Positions 25,873 through 41,626 of a DNA stretch of 64,000 nucleotides are shown in pieces. Positions within the stretch are counted from its first letter, which is position 1, and each line of letters starts with the position of its first letter. The position numbers and the translations under genes are program-made. The notes under the pieces were generated by a model, which was given only the letters and a program-made list of their open reading frames with translations, had not been told where the DNA came from and did no database searches. The DNA is from Octopus vulgaris (Eukaryota). Where the stretch lies: the NCBI GenBank assembly GCA_951406725.2, contig CATOCA020000001.1, positions 5,828,001 through 5,892,000 of the forward strand. The letters are read 5' to 3'.

Positions 25873-26131
25873 ACTAAGCAATAAAGGGTTTAGCAACGAA
25901 TTGCCTTACCACATACCGAATTTAGAAATAGCAGTCAAAGAGTTATAGCTATTACTTCTACTAAAAATGGAGATCTCAGTAAAAACAGCAATTGGAAGGC
26001 AGACTTCCAATTGCTGTTTTTACTGAGATCTCCATTTTTAGTAGAAGTAATGGCTATAACTCTTTGACTGCTATTTCTAAATTCGGTATGTGGTAAGGCA
26101 ATTCGTTGCTAAACCCTTTATTGCTTAGTAT
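25871..26131. repeat. Near-perfect palindrome with ~128-bp arms, part of a (TA)n-embedded element extending to ~26237
   Basis: ATACTAAGCAATAAAGGG..GCAATTGGAAG / CTTCCAATTGC..CCCTTTATTGCTTAGTAT, centred at ~26000. Confidence 0.95.
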
Positions 26132-26353
26132 TACTTAAATTTTCCTCGAATGAGGCTTTTACATGCCGAAGACTACTTGGTGTAATTGATAATTATTCCA
26201 AATTAATTAATTTCACCCTTCATTATTACGGATAACTATATATATGTATATATATATATATATAAATATTCAATAAATATATACTATAAACATATACATA
26301 CATATATAAACACATACACACACACACTCAAATATATACATATATATACAGAC

Positions 26354-26423
<70 letters not shown>

Positions 26424-26987
26424 AAGAAAGCGGTTTAACAGATCTCAAGAGATTCTCAATGTAGAAAACACTTAGCAGCTACCAAACAGATTCAACTTCG
26501 ACTCGGAAAGCTTTACCGACGACCAAGTCCCCGACATGAAGAGTGGCTGCAACAGAAATCCCTGGATACACGGAGATAAAGACAAAGCAGAGAGTGGAAC
26601 ATCCTCAATCTTTGCTTCCTCTCTGCTAACATCTATCCATTGATATTTATTTTATATATCAATCCCAACAAGTTTCACATGTTTATTTGCCTCATTCTCT
26701 CACTCTTTGTCTCTCTTTCTCTCTTTGTATCTGTGTTTGCCTCCATTATGTAGCGGTTCGGCAAAAGACATCCGATAGAATAAGACGTAGGCTAAAGAAA
26801 AATTGCCGGAGTAATTTATTTTGGGTTAAATCTTTACAAATTGTTGCTCCAGCATGATTGCAGTTTAATAACTGACTCAGGAAAAACAAAAGATATGCAC
26901 ACATACCTACATACATATGTGTGTGTGTATGTATATGTGTGTGTGTGTATGTATGTGTGTGTGTGTGTGTGTGTGCCTCTATGTGTA

Positions 26988-27065
<78 letters not shown>

Positions 27066-27122
27066 CATATATATATACACATAGAGGCACGCACACACAC
27101 ATATATACATACATACACACAC

Positions 27123-27153
<31 letters not shown>

Positions 27154-27185
27154 GGTATGTATGTATGTATGTATGCATACATACA

Positions 27186-27219
<34 letters not shown>

Positions 27220-27244
27220 CATATATACATATATATATATATAA

Positions 27245-27546
27245 CACCCTCACCGTCACCGTGACCAACCAGGCTGTCAGATGCTGCTACACATCGCTGG
27301 TCACAATGCGTTTCGTATTGTTTTAGCCTTCAAATGACGCAACCTCGCTGGCTAAGCGAGTAGGCCAACAGAAGAAAGACTGAGAGAAAGTTGTGGCGAA
27401 AGAGTACAGCAGGGATCACCACCACCCTCAGCCGGAGCCTCGTGGAGCTTTAGGTGTTTTAGCTCAAGAATCACTCACACCGCTTGGCCTGGGAAACGAA
27501 ACCGCGATTCTACAACCGTGAGTCCGTTGCACTAACCACTGGGCCA
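27245..27546 (-). mobile_element. Second tRNA-derived SINE family (partial copy also at ~28660-28777)
   Basis: Minus-strand head GGCCCAGTGGTTAG (A box)..GGTTTCGTTTCC (B-box-like). The body GCTACACAT(C/T)GCTGGTCA(C/G)AATGCG..GCTGGCTAAGCGAG recurs at 28696-28770. Confidence 0.7.
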
Positions 27547-27584
27547 TATATTTATATATATAATATATATATATATATACAATT

Positions 27585-27902
27585 TTTCTCGTTTCAGTCA
27601 TTTGACTGCACCCATGCTGGAGCATCGCTCTTTAGTCGAGCAAATCTACCCCAGGACCTATACTTTGGAAGCCTAATACTTATTCTATCGGTCTCATTTG
27701 CCGAACACACCACCATCGGTTGTCAAGCGATCTTGGGGGGACAAATACAGACACAGTTTTCATCTACCAAATCCACTCACAGGGCGCTGTTCTCCCCGAG
27801 GCTATAGTAGAAGATACTTGCACAAGGTGCCACGGAGTGGGAATGAACACGAAACCATATGGTTGGTAAACAAAATAATTACCACACAGCCACTCCTGCG
27901 CC
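27585..27902 (-). mobile_element. Dominant SINE, internally deleted and diverged copy
   Basis: Runs from GTTTCAGTCATTTGACTGC to ACCACACAGCCACTCCTGCGCC. Confidence 0.8.
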
Positions 27903-28419
27903 TATACATACATATATATATACATATATATACATATATTTATATTTACATTTACATTTATATTTATATACATGCACATACATATGCATGCCCGGTTTGT
28001 ATGACCAAGTGGTGCAGATGAGTTGTGATCTTTGTGGGTCCTAAAGTGTATTGAGACGTCCCTTAGATTTTCAGACCTTCTGGCATACAGAGTATTGAAA
28101 TGTGTGCACAGACATATACGCAGAATAGTTGGTGGAGGTTCGTTTTGTATGGTTTCGCAAATGAGATATGGTCCAGAAATAGAATTTTCAGAAAATATTC
28201 TCCACACACAAAAGAAATTGTTGAATTTCATTTTCTCGTTGATAATAACATTTTTCATTGATTTTGTTTTCAGTTTTGATTGGGTCATCCTGGCTTCTTC
28301 AAAACTTTCAATGCAATTTTGTTTGCCATTGAACTCGGTCTGAAGCAAGGGTTTCTATGGCTTTTGGATCAATTCCAACTGACATTTCATTTTATTTCCT
28401 TACAAAGTACTTAAAATAC

Positions 28420-28499
<80 letters not shown>

Positions 28500-28537
28500 G
28501 TGTGTGTGTATGTATATGTATGTATATATGTATGTAC

Positions 28538-28602
<65 letters not shown>

Positions 28603-28822
28603 TATTTATATACATACGTATATATATAAACATATATATATATGTATATATATATATATCACGTGATCACGTGTCCGACTAGACCATCAGATGTTGCTAC
28701 ACATTGCTGGTCAGAATGCGTTCGCATTATTTTAGCCTTCGAATGACGCCACCCCGCTGGCTAAGCGAGCAGGTCAATGTATATATATATATATAAATAT
28801 ATACATATATATATGTATGAAT

Positions 28823-28867
<45 letters not shown>

Positions 28868-28876
28868 CAATATAAG

Positions 28877-28943
28877 TGAAATACATGACGTGTAATAAAG
28901 GAAATATAATCAAGGATATTCTATTCGATAACAACTTCAAATG

Positions 28944-28982
<39 letters not shown>

Positions 28983-28994
28983 TGTGTGTGTATG

Positions 28995-29070
<76 letters not shown>

Positions 29071-29606
29071 TTAAATGTTTGTTGTGCAAGAATTCTTATG
29101 TGAAGTCGTGTGTTGAAACAGATATTGTTATATTTCGGAATGGTCATATTGCCAGTTTAGCCAATAAAAACACACGCACTATATATTTGGTGTTATTTTG
29201 CTTCAGTGATATTTATTTTTTACATTAATCTTAATCTTATTTCGGACAAAGTTCTTTCGTCACACTCCTGTGACCGCATCAGTGGTCCTTTGTTTTCTTC
29301 TCACTTATTTGTGTCTCTCCTTACTAACCGTCAGCCATTTTGTAAGACGGTTATAGTAAGGAGAGACACAAATAAGTGAGAAAACAAAGGACCACTGATG
29401 CGGTCACAGGAGTATGACGAAAGAACTTTGTCCGAAATAAGATTAAGATTAATGTAAAACATAAATATCACTGAAGCAAAATAACACCAAATATATAGTG
29501 CGTGTGTTTTTATTGGCTAAACTGGCAATATGACCATTCCGAAATATAACAATATCTGTTTCAACACACGACTTCACATAAGAATTCTTGCACAACAAAC
29601 ATTTAA

Positions 29607-29685
<79 letters not shown>

Positions 29686-29705
29686 TATATACATACACAC
29701 ACACA

Positions 29706-29746
<41 letters not shown>

Positions 29747-29826
29747 CATTTGAAGTTGTTATCGAATAGAATATCCTTGATTATGGCCGGTCAACATTTC
29801 CTTTAGTTACACGTCATGTATTTCAC
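28877..29826. repeat. ~950-bp palindrome (arms ~460 bp, 13-nt spacer) that includes mirrored microsatellites
   Basis: GTGAAATACATGACGTGTAA..CATTTAAATGTTTGTTGTGCAAG..TAACCGTC agccattttgtaa GACGGTTA..CTTGCACAACAAACATTTAAATG..TTACACGTCATGTATTTCAC. Confidence 0.95.
29389..29433 (+). ncRNA. Hammerhead-like motif (mirror copy on the - strand at 29244-29288)
   Basis: ggacca CTGATGCG gtca caggagta tgac GAAA gaac T T tgtcc. In the mirror copy stem II is gtcaca/tgtgac. Confidence 0.45.
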
Positions 29827-30029
29827 TCGACTATATTGACAGTATAAGCAATGAACGGTCCGAAGTCACATAATGCCTTTAGTAATGCAGCTAAAAATAC
29901 AATCTTCGTCATTTTGGTGGTCAAAAATACGCTGAAACAAGCAAAGAATTAAAAAATTTGAAACGATAAAACTTCTTATTTACATTATTTACATTTGACG
30001 GATATTCGTCCTCATCTTGTTTGTTGTAA

Positions 30030-30073
30030 ACACAACGCTTCGGCTGATATACCCTCCAGCTTTCATCAGGTGT
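30030..30073 (-). ncRNA. Minimal hammerhead-like motif
   Basis: acac CTGATGA aa gctg gagggtatat cagc c GAAG cg T T gtgt, with GAAA changed to GAAG. Confidence 0.55.
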
Positions 30074-30516
30074 CGTGGGGAAATTTCGAACCTAGGTTCT
30101 CATTTCTAAGGTCTTTTTCGATGTTATTATTCTGAGAGAAGAAAGGTTTGGGGAGAGAGTGAGAGAAGAGAAGAGAATGACAAGCTCTCTCTTTAAATCT
30201 ATTTTGTTCTTGTGACGTCATAATCTCTCTGCCTGACATCGTCCGATACCTTAACATTCAATCGAATTATCTGTATATACACAGGCACACACATGCATAC
30301 TTACACACATATAATTAGAAACGTGTATATAGTGATATATGTATGGACACACACTCATTAGACACGTAGACAAGCGTTACAGGTATAGGCGTGGCTGTGT
30401 GGTCAGCAGTTTGTTTCTGGTTCAGTGCCACCGCGTGGCACCTAGAGGAAACGATCTCTGCTATAAACAAGACGGACAGTGAAAGAAGCTTGTCGTACAC
30501 ACACACACACAAATAC

Positions 30517-30613
<97 letters not shown>

Positions 30614-30667
30614 TACATATATACATACATATATATATATAAATTTATATATATACAAATACGTACA

Positions 30668-30747
<80 letters not shown>

Positions 30748-30915
30748 AGAGAGAGAGAGAGCTACATACATACATACATACATATTAAAGGAAAATAAAT
30801 GAAAATCAAAGCAGGTCGAGTATCTCGGGTCATTTAGAATATTTAATTAGAGTTGAATGAAAAATGGAGAAGTAGAAGTAATTAAAGTCACAGTATCTGG
30901 GATAACACAGGTGAT

Positions 30916-30956
30916 GGGTCAGCATCTCCGGACAGGATAGTCCGTCGTCAGAGACC
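30916..30956 (-). ncRNA. Degenerate hammerhead-like motif
   Basis: ggtct CTGACGA cggac tatcct gtccg GAGA tgctgaccc, with a perfect 5-bp stem II. Confidence 0.45.
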
Positions 30957-31084
30957 ACGTGTATGCAGGGTAGTTCCAGACAGAGAATTCACGGAATATA
31001 AAAGAATTAATCAGATGACAGAAGAATAATGACAGGAGAATAAAAATTCTAAATCTATAGAGAGATAAAGATATTAATTACACA

Positions 31085-31770
31085 TCTTTCGGTTTCCGTC
31101 TACCAAATCCACTCAAAAGGCTCTGGTCGGAAACGATGCTATAGCAGAAGACAATTGTCGAAGGTGCCATGTAGTGGGACTGAACCTGGAACCATATGGT
31201 TGGTTTGCAAGCTAATTATACATACATACATATATATACATACATACATATAATACAAACACACACAGATATATATATATATATAAATATACATACATAC
31301 ATACACATAAATTACATACATACACACACACATGCATATATATATATATATACATACATATTTTACACATATATGCACACACACACAAATGTATATATTT
31401 ATATGTATATATTTTTCTTTTATTCGTTTCAGTCCCTTAAATGCGGCCATACTAGAGTTTGTCTTCAGTCGAACAAATCAACCTCAGCATTAATTCTTTG
31501 TAAGCCTATTACTTATTCTATCATTCTTCTTTGCCGGACCGCTATATTTTGGAGACGTAAACACTCCAACATCGGTTGTCAAGCGATTATGGGGGCACAA
31601 GCACAGACACACAAACATATACATATACAACGGGCTTCTTTCAGTTTCCGTCTACCAAATCCGCTCAAAAAGCTTTTTTCGGATCGAGGATATAGTAGAA
31701 GACACTTTCTTGCGCTGCCATGCTGAAACCGGAACCATGTGATTGGTTAGATAGCTACTTACCACACATC
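31085..31770 (-). mobile_element. Diverged minus-strand copies of the dominant SINE (31085-31210 and 31420-31770)
   Basis: TTTCCGTCTACCAAATCC and GGAACCAT motifs. Confidence 0.75.
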
Positions 31771-31854
31771 CAACATATACATATGACCGCGTGTGTACCG
31801 TTGGCGATTGTTTTTCCCTCTGTCTTCCCTTCTCTGGATCTTTCCTTCTCCTAT

Positions 31855-31889
31855 GTTTCCTACGAAGAGCTCCGCTCGAAACGTTAAAC
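31855..31889 (+). ncRNA. Degenerate minimal hammerhead-like motif, same type as 3574-3609
   Basis: gttt CCTACGA a gagc tcc gctc GAAA cg T T aaac. Confidence 0.45.
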
Positions 31890-31986
31890 CCTCCTTCTTC
31901 CCTTCTTTCCTGAGCGTCCAATAATACTATATTTGTTCCACGTCCTCGCGTTGTTGTGATTGTTGTGGTTTCATGATTGGATAAAC

Positions 31987-32018
<32 letters not shown>

Positions 32019-32085
32019 GGTGGTATATGGGACTGCTGGTCTTCCATAAACTTCGACTTGTGTCTAGGAGGTAACTATGCAATAT

Positions 32086-32246
<161 letters not shown>

Positions 32247-32277
32247 CATATACATATATATATATACATATACATAT

Positions 32278-32543
32278 ACAAATTAGTAAATAAATGGCAC
32301 AACTAAGTACCGATATTTACTGGAAATAGCGAACGTAAAAATACGACGCTAATGTGTAGCTTCACCGCGTATGTATTAGCAAAAATGCGTGTGTGCAACA
32401 AATTAGAGAAAAAAAACCGTCTTACCTCCAGGGAGAACATCTGAAAGATGAAACACCCGGAAAAGGATAATGCGTCGCATTTTTACGTTCGCTTTTCCCA
32501 GTAAATATCAGTACTTAGTTGTGCCATTTATTTACTAATTTGT
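32278..32543. repeat. Inverted repeat (~70-bp arms, ~120-bp spacer) adjoining a (TA)n tract
   Basis: ACAAATTAGTAAATAAATGGCACAACTAAGTAC..GACGC versus GCGTC..GTACTTAGTTGTGCCATTTATTTACTAATTTGT. Confidence 0.9.
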
Positions 32544-32612
32544 GTATTTTTCCCTCACGGGCTACTTTTTACTGGAAGGCAATACTTTGTATTGCATTAC
32601 TGATACATATAC

Positions 32613-32815
<203 letters not shown>

Positions 32816-33029
32816 AGTGAGTGAGGAATAGAGAAAGTGAAAAAAAGCCATATATACAAGTCCCAAATTGTTGTTGTTGGAGTTTGCAAGTTTATTACTT
32901 CAACCCTGATATGAACCTGCTTCTTATTTTATCGACACTAAAACGTTAAAAGTGAATGTTAGCATTGGCACAATTCGAACTGAGACTTGGATATTCTCAG
33001 GAAAAAGCCATTGGCTGAACAAGATATAT

Positions 33030-33405
33030 AGTTCTACACTAGGCACAAGGCGTGAAATTTGGGCGGGGGACAAGTCGAATACATCGACCTTCAGTGTTTG
33101 ACTGGTACTTAATTTATCGACCCCGCAATAAAGAAAGGCTAAGTTGACCTCGGCTGAATTTGAACTAAAAATGTATCGACGGGTGAAATATGTTTCTTTA
33201 TTACCAACACAGGGCTAACATAGAGGGGAGAAACGAGGACAGACAAAAGGATTAAGTCGATTACATCGACGCCAGGGCGTAACTGGTACTTAATTTATCG
33301 ATCCCGAAATGATGAAAGGCAAAGTCGACCTCCGTGGAATTTGAACTCAGTACTTAGCGGCGACGAAATACGGCTACGCATTTCGCCCGGCGCGCTAAAG
33401 TATGC

Positions 33406-33480
<75 letters not shown>

Positions 33481-34140
33481 GTATAGAAGCCATCTTAACA
33501 TGGCTGAATTTGAACTCAAAATGTATCGACCGGTGAAATATCTGTTTCTTTATTACCAACACGGGGCTAACATAGAGGAGACAAACAAGGACAGACAAAC
33601 GGATTAAATCGATTACTTCGACCCCAGTGCGCAACTGGTACTTAATTTATCGACCCCGAAATGATGAAAGGCAAAGTCGACCTCTGCTGAATTTGAACTC
33701 ATTACGTATCGACGGGCGAAATATCTGTTTCTTTATTAGCCACAAGGGGATAAACATAGAGGGGCAAAAGAAGGACAGACAAACGGATTACGTCGATTAC
33801 ATCGACCCCAGTGCGTCACTGGTACTTAATTTATCGACCCCGAAATGATGAAAGGCAAAGTCGACCCCGGCTGAATTTGAACTCATAACGTATCGACGGG
33901 CGAAATATCTGTTTCTTTATTAGCCACAAGGGGATAAACATAGAGGGGACAAACAAGGACAGACAAACGGATTAAGTCGATTACTTCGACCCCAGTGCGC
34001 AACTGGTACTTAATTTATCGACCCCGAAATGATGAAAGGCAAAGTCGACCTCGGCGGAAATTGAACTCAGTACTTAGCGACGAACGAAATACGGCTAAGC
34101 ATTTCGCGCGGGGCACTAACGTTTCTACTAGCTTGCCACA
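33030..34140 (-). repeat. SINE-derived tandem array (~180-bp period), block 1
   Basis: CTGGTACTTAATTTATCGACCCCGAAATGATGAAAGGCAAAGTCGACC recurs at ~33100, 33283, 33635, 33819 and 34003. Confidence 0.9.
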
Positions 34141-34218
34141 TCTGGGTGGGCAGGATATAGCAGTAATTGTTGGTCTGAGTCACCTGCGTGTTTATCTGTG
34201 TTAGTTTGTGTGTGTGTA

Positions 34219-34257
<39 letters not shown>

Positions 34258-34540
34258 AGAATGTTGAAACTGAGTCACACTTGACTTAACATTAACGACT
34301 GCAAGCCTCTTAGTCAAAAATCAGGTCAGTCATTTTTATATACATGTAAGCAGCTTTCGTCACCATCATCATCATAATCGTCATCATCATTATTATTGTC
34401 AAGGCTTTACATTCACAGACACAATTACATGTCTGCATTTGTATATATAGATGTATAGGTTTGAAATTTCCCCAAAACACCTGATTAAGGGGGGAGGGTA
34501 TATCAGCCGCAACGATGTAAATACAATGTATTTATATATA

Positions 34541-34604
<64 letters not shown>

Positions 34605-34634
34605 CATATATATATATACATATATATGTATACA

Positions 34635-34687
<53 letters not shown>

Positions 34688-34764
34688 TTTCTTTTTCTAT
34701 AAGACCGCAGGTCGAGGTCCTGTAGCGACGAAAATACTTTGACAAATTAAACTTAAATGTTGAA

Positions 34765-35170
34765 GGAGTGGCTGTGTGGTAAGTAGCTTGCTAACCAACC
34801 ACATGGTTCCGGGTTCAGTCCCACTGCGTGGCATCTTGGGTAAGTGTCTTCTGCTATAGCCCCGGGCCGACCAATGCCTTGTGAGTGGATTTGGTAGACG
34901 GAAACTGAAAGAAGCCCGTCGTATATATGTACATATATATAAGTGTGTGTGTATATGTTTGTGTGTCTGTGTTTGTCCCCCCTAGCATTGCTTTACAACC
35001 GATGCTGGTGTGTTTACGTCCCCGTCACTTAGCAGTTCGGCAAAAGAGAGCGATAGAATAAGTACTGGGCTTACAAAGAATAAGTCCCGGGGTCGATTTG
35101 CTCGACTAAAAGCGGTGCTCCAGCATGGCCGCAGTCAAATGACTGAAACAAGTAAAAGAGAAAGAGAGTA
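34765..35170 (+). mobile_element. Dominant SINE, full length
   Basis: GGAGTGGCTGTGTGGTAAGTAGC..GCGGTGCTCCAGCATGGCCGCAGTCAAATGACTGAAACAAGTAAAAGAG. Confidence 0.92.
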
Positions 35171-35483
35171 AGTGAATCGAACGGCTTTTGTGTGTTTCTT
35201 AAATGGCTTACAAACACCTTCCATGCTGCAATTGTTTACGTTTCAGCACACGACCTCAGATCAAATCACTTGCTATGCAAGTACATCTCCGTAATCTTTT
35301 TCTTTATTTTCCTTTAAATCTCTTTATGGATATCTTGTTTTTTCTCACAGAAACAATTGTCTGGGATGGGATTATGAAATAAAAGGATCATCCATTTTAA
35401 CATCAAATCTGCTTCATTTTATTTATTTGATGAACATTATTAAACTTTGTCTAATATATTGTCTCATGTTGACTCTCTCTCCA

Positions 35484-35519
<36 letters not shown>

Positions 35520-36005
35520 GGTTATGAGAGGTAATGGGGTCAATAAATCCCAAAGGTGTCAGGTAATGCTGAGTAAATGCTATGGACAAACTGTAGTTAA
35601 GCTCCATGTTCGGTGATTAAGGAAATGAGGAGTCCGACGTATCTCATATATCAGCATGCGTAGATATGAAAAAAGATTAACAGAATGAGATGAAAGTCTC
35701 AGGCTGTGAAAGATTTCAGAACATTTATAAAGAGAAGGTCTTAGAGCTGTTTCCGGGATAATTTATATACCCCTTCATCAGAGACGGTGTGAGAAGATGG
35801 TTAAGCAATAATTATTCTAGATAAGATATGAAATAGAAAGTGGAGTGGAGGAATGAAAATAGATGTGAGATATGCAGGGATATTGTATCTGTAGGTCCAT
35901 TATTTAGGCAGAATGGTTTACATAAAAGATTCCTGTACCTTGTGTATAAGCCGCTTTAGTACCTGACACCTTTGTGTTTTATTGACACCATTACCTCTCA
36001 TAACC
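35520..36005. mobile_element. (TA)n-flanked element with ~46-bp terminal inverted repeats and an internal hammerhead-like motif (35738-35785, minus strand)
   Basis: GGTTATGAGAGGTAATGG..AAAGGTGTCAGGTA versus TACCTGACACCTTTG..CCATTACCTCTCATAACC. Internal motif gtct CTGATGA agggg..cccg GAAA c agct c T A agac. Confidence 0.65.
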
Positions 36006-36009
36006 TCAA

Positions 36010-36052
<43 letters not shown>

Positions 36053-36224
36053 AAACAAGTCAAAATAGAAAATGCTAAAATAATTTTATAGAGGACACTT
36101 CAGTACAGGTTTCGGTCATTTTGAGACCTTTACAACTTTAAAGGAATATTTGTATAGAGTTCAAATATAAGTGGCATTCTGCCTTTCTCTGTCTCCCTTG
36201 TTTGCACTTGTGTGTTCCAGGCCG

Positions 36225-36276
<52 letters not shown>

Positions 36277-36334
36277 ATATAAAGAGTGAGTGAGGAATAG
36301 AGAAAGTGAATAAAAAACTATTGATACAAGATAT

Positions 36335-37105
36335 ATAGTTCTACAATAGGCACAAGGCGTGAAATTTGGGGAAGGGGACAAGTCGAATGCATCGACCTTC
36401 ATTCTTTGACTGGTACTTAATTTATCGACCCCGAAATGATGAAAGGCAAAGTCGACCTCGGCTGAATTTGAACTCAAAATGTATCGACGGGCAAAATATC
36501 TGTTTCTTTATTACCCACAAGGGGCTAAACATAGAGGGGACAGACAATGACAGACAAACCGATTACGTCGATTATATCGATCCCCCAGTGCGTAACTGGT
36601 AATTAATTTATCGACCCCGTACTAATGAAAGGCAAAGTCGACCTCGGCTGAATTTGAACTCGAAACATATCGACGGGCAAAATATCTGTTTCTTTATTAC
36701 CCACAAGTGGCTAAACATAGAGGGGACAGACAATGACAGACAAACCGATTACGTCGATTATATCGATCCCCCAGTGCGTAACTGGTAATTAATTTATCGA
36801 CCCCGTACTAATGAAAGGGAAATTCGACCTCGGCTGAATTTGAACTCGAAACATATCGACGGGCAAAATATCTGTTTCCTTAATATCCACAAAGGGCTAA
36901 ACATAGAGGTGACAAACAAGGACAGACAAACAGATTAAGTCGATTACATCGACCCCAGCGCGTAACTGGTACTTAATTTACCCATCCCGAAAGGATGAAA
37001 GGCAAAGTCGACCTCGGCGGAATTTGAACTCAGTACTTAGCGGCGACGAAATACGGCTACGCATTTCGCCCGGCGCGCTAAAGTTTCTGCAGCTCGCCAC
37101 CTTTG
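36335..37105 (-). repeat. SINE-derived tandem array (~185-bp period), block 2
   Basis: Four units of the same motif as block 1, at ~36410, 36595, 36782 and 36966. Confidence 0.9.
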
Positions 37106-37399
37106 GGTGGGCAGGATATAGCAGTAATTGTTGGTCTGAGTCACCTGTGTGTTTACCTGTGTTAGTGTGATGTGTGTATGTGTATGTGTGTGTGTGTGTG
37201 TGTAGAATGTTGCAATGAGTCACACTTGACTTAACATTAACGACTGCAGGCTTCTTAGTCAAAAAATCAGGTCAGACATTTTTACATACAAGTAATCACT
37301 ATTATTGCCAAGGTTATACACACATAATTACATGTCTGCATTTATATATATAGATGTATAGGTAGGTATATATATGGACAAATATGCATGCTCATACTT

Positions 37400-37453
<54 letters not shown>

Positions 37454-37500
37454 AATATATATATATATGTGTGTGTGTGTGTGTTGTGTGTATGGATTTT

Positions 37501-37559
<59 letters not shown>

Positions 37560-37808
37560 GTCTATGTGTGTGTGTGTGTGAGTGTGTGTATGTATGTCTG
37601 TATGTATGTTTGTATATATATATATATATATCCCTTCATCTCTCTATCTTTATATATATATATATAAAAATATATATATATATTGTTATCACCATATTAA
37701 TATGGCATTCTTATAGAAATAAGAATAATCGCTGCTGCTGGTCAGCTCCATGTGTCCACCGCCATCAAGATAGCTATTATAGAGAATTCGTAATTTTAAT
37801 ATTTCTAT

Positions 37809-38757
<949 letters not shown>

Positions 38758-39085
38758 ATATTTGTGTGCAAGTGTTTAGGTGTGTGCAACCATTTATGAA
38801 TGTATGTATGCATATATGTAGGGATATATTTATTTACAAATATATATTCATGTATGTGTGTGTGCCTGTGTATTACTGTGGCTTACGATTGTATTTCGTT
38901 CTGTAGCCATTACTTAATAAATAAAACTTTATTTCTTTAGTCTGAAAGAAAAGGAAGGGACACAAAACTTTTATAATGTTGTATGATTTTCACAACTTAC
39001 CACATTTATATATTGTCATTTAAGCCCAATTGCCTTAAATTCGGGACATACTCTCTCTTTCTCTCTATCTCTCTCCTCTCTCTCT

Positions 39086-39138
<53 letters not shown>

Positions 39139-39165
39139 ATATATATATATTTATATATATATGTA

Positions 39166-39212
<47 letters not shown>

Positions 39213-39235
39213 AATATATATATGTATATATATAT

Positions 39236-39281
<46 letters not shown>

Positions 39282-39343
39282 TATATACATATATATATAC
39301 ATAAATATATATATATTTACATACGTATATACGTAGATACATT

Positions 39344-39378
<35 letters not shown>

Positions 39379-39703
39379 CTTGGATGTTCATCAGTGTTTT
39401 GTTTCTTTCTATTTACATATATAAATATTTTATATATCACTCCCAAGAAGTCCTATTTTTTTAGTTTTCATCTTTCCTGTCTCTCTCCTTCTCTTCCGCC
39501 TCTCTCACTTTCTTCATTTATACAAATCATATACATACATAGAAATATACATAATTGCATGTATACACAATAAGAAACATATATACATGCATCTTACATA
39601 CACACACAGAAACATATATACATAGATCATACATACATACATACACTCACGCATACATACATACACAAGGCCCGAAAATTTTCGGGGAGGGGACCAGTCG
39701 ATA

Positions 39704-40362
<659 letters not shown>

Positions 40363-40569
40363 ATACATGTGTATTTTAATGTGCATACATACATACATAT
40401 ATATATAAATATGCATACATACATACATACATGCATACATGCATACATTCATTCATAGATACATACATACATTCATACATACATACATACATACATACAT
40501 GTAGGGTGAATGTATGTTTGATTAAAGTTATATGTGTGTATATTGTAGCGTGAGTGTTAGCGAGTAGAG

Positions 40570-40638
<69 letters not shown>

Positions 40639-40767
40639 ATTAGGGCTTAGTAAAATAAATTACTTTGCCACATACTGAACTTGCTAGAAATAGCAGCCCC
40701 AAAAAAGTTTTTTTGCCATTTCCACTACTTAAAGAAAATTTCTCTCAGATAATTTTACCCTCAATTG

Positions 40768-40815
<48 letters not shown>

Positions 40816-40822
40816 ACATATA

Positions 40823-40885
<63 letters not shown>

Positions 40886-40961
40886 ATATATATATATATA
40901 TATGCACATATATATATATATACTTATATATCTAACATCTATCTATCTATCTATCTATCTA

Positions 40962-41002
<41 letters not shown>

Positions 41003-41005
<3 letters not shown>

Positions 41006-41412
41006 TGTGTGGTAAGTAGCTTGGTTCTAACAAACTAAATGGTTCCGGGTTCAGTCACACTGCGTGGCATCTTGGGCAAGTGTCTTCTGCTATAGCCTCG
41101 GGCCGACCAATGCCTTGTGAGTGGATTTCGTAGACGGAAACTGAAAGAAGCCTGTCGTATATATGTATATATGTATAAGTGTGTGTGTGTATATTTTGTG
41201 TGTCTGTGTTTGTCCCCCTAGCATTGCTTTACAACCGATTCTGGTGTGTTTACGTCCCCGTCACTTAGCGGTTTGGAAAAACAGACCGATAGAATAAGTA
41301 TTGGGCTTACAAAGATTAAGTCCCGGGGTCGATTTGCTCGACTAAAGGCGTTGCTCCAGCATGGCCGCACTCAAATGACTGAAACAAGTAAAAGAGTAAA
41401 AGAGTAAAGAGT
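41003..41412 (+). mobile_element. Dominant SINE (array copies at 49633-50038 and 55720-56126)
   Basis: GGCTGTGTGGTAAGTAGC..GGCGTTGCTCCAGCATGGCCGCAC..GTAAAAGAGTAAAAGAG. Confidence 0.9.
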
Positions 41413-41572
41413 ATATATATATACATATATATATATGTACACATATATCTATACATCTAGCTATTTATCTATCTATCTATATATATATAATATATACTTT
41501 ATAAAGCATATTACTCTACCACTGGTATTTGAGTACTCTTTTTTTCCACCTTGTTTCACATTTATGTGTTTA

Positions 41573-41626
<54 letters not shown>

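Noticed and set aside
27902-28348. 148-aa minus-strand ORF
   Set aside because: No identifiable domain, and it runs into a microsatellite. Probably a repeat fragment.
34765-34835. tRNA-like sequence at SINE heads
   Set aside because: A/B-box-like motifs are present but there is no complete cloverleaf, and each continues into the SINE body.
33030-37105. Regularly spaced repeats superficially like a CRISPR array
   Set aside because: Whole ~180-bp units repeat with no unique spacers, the context is eukaryotic, and there are no cas genes.
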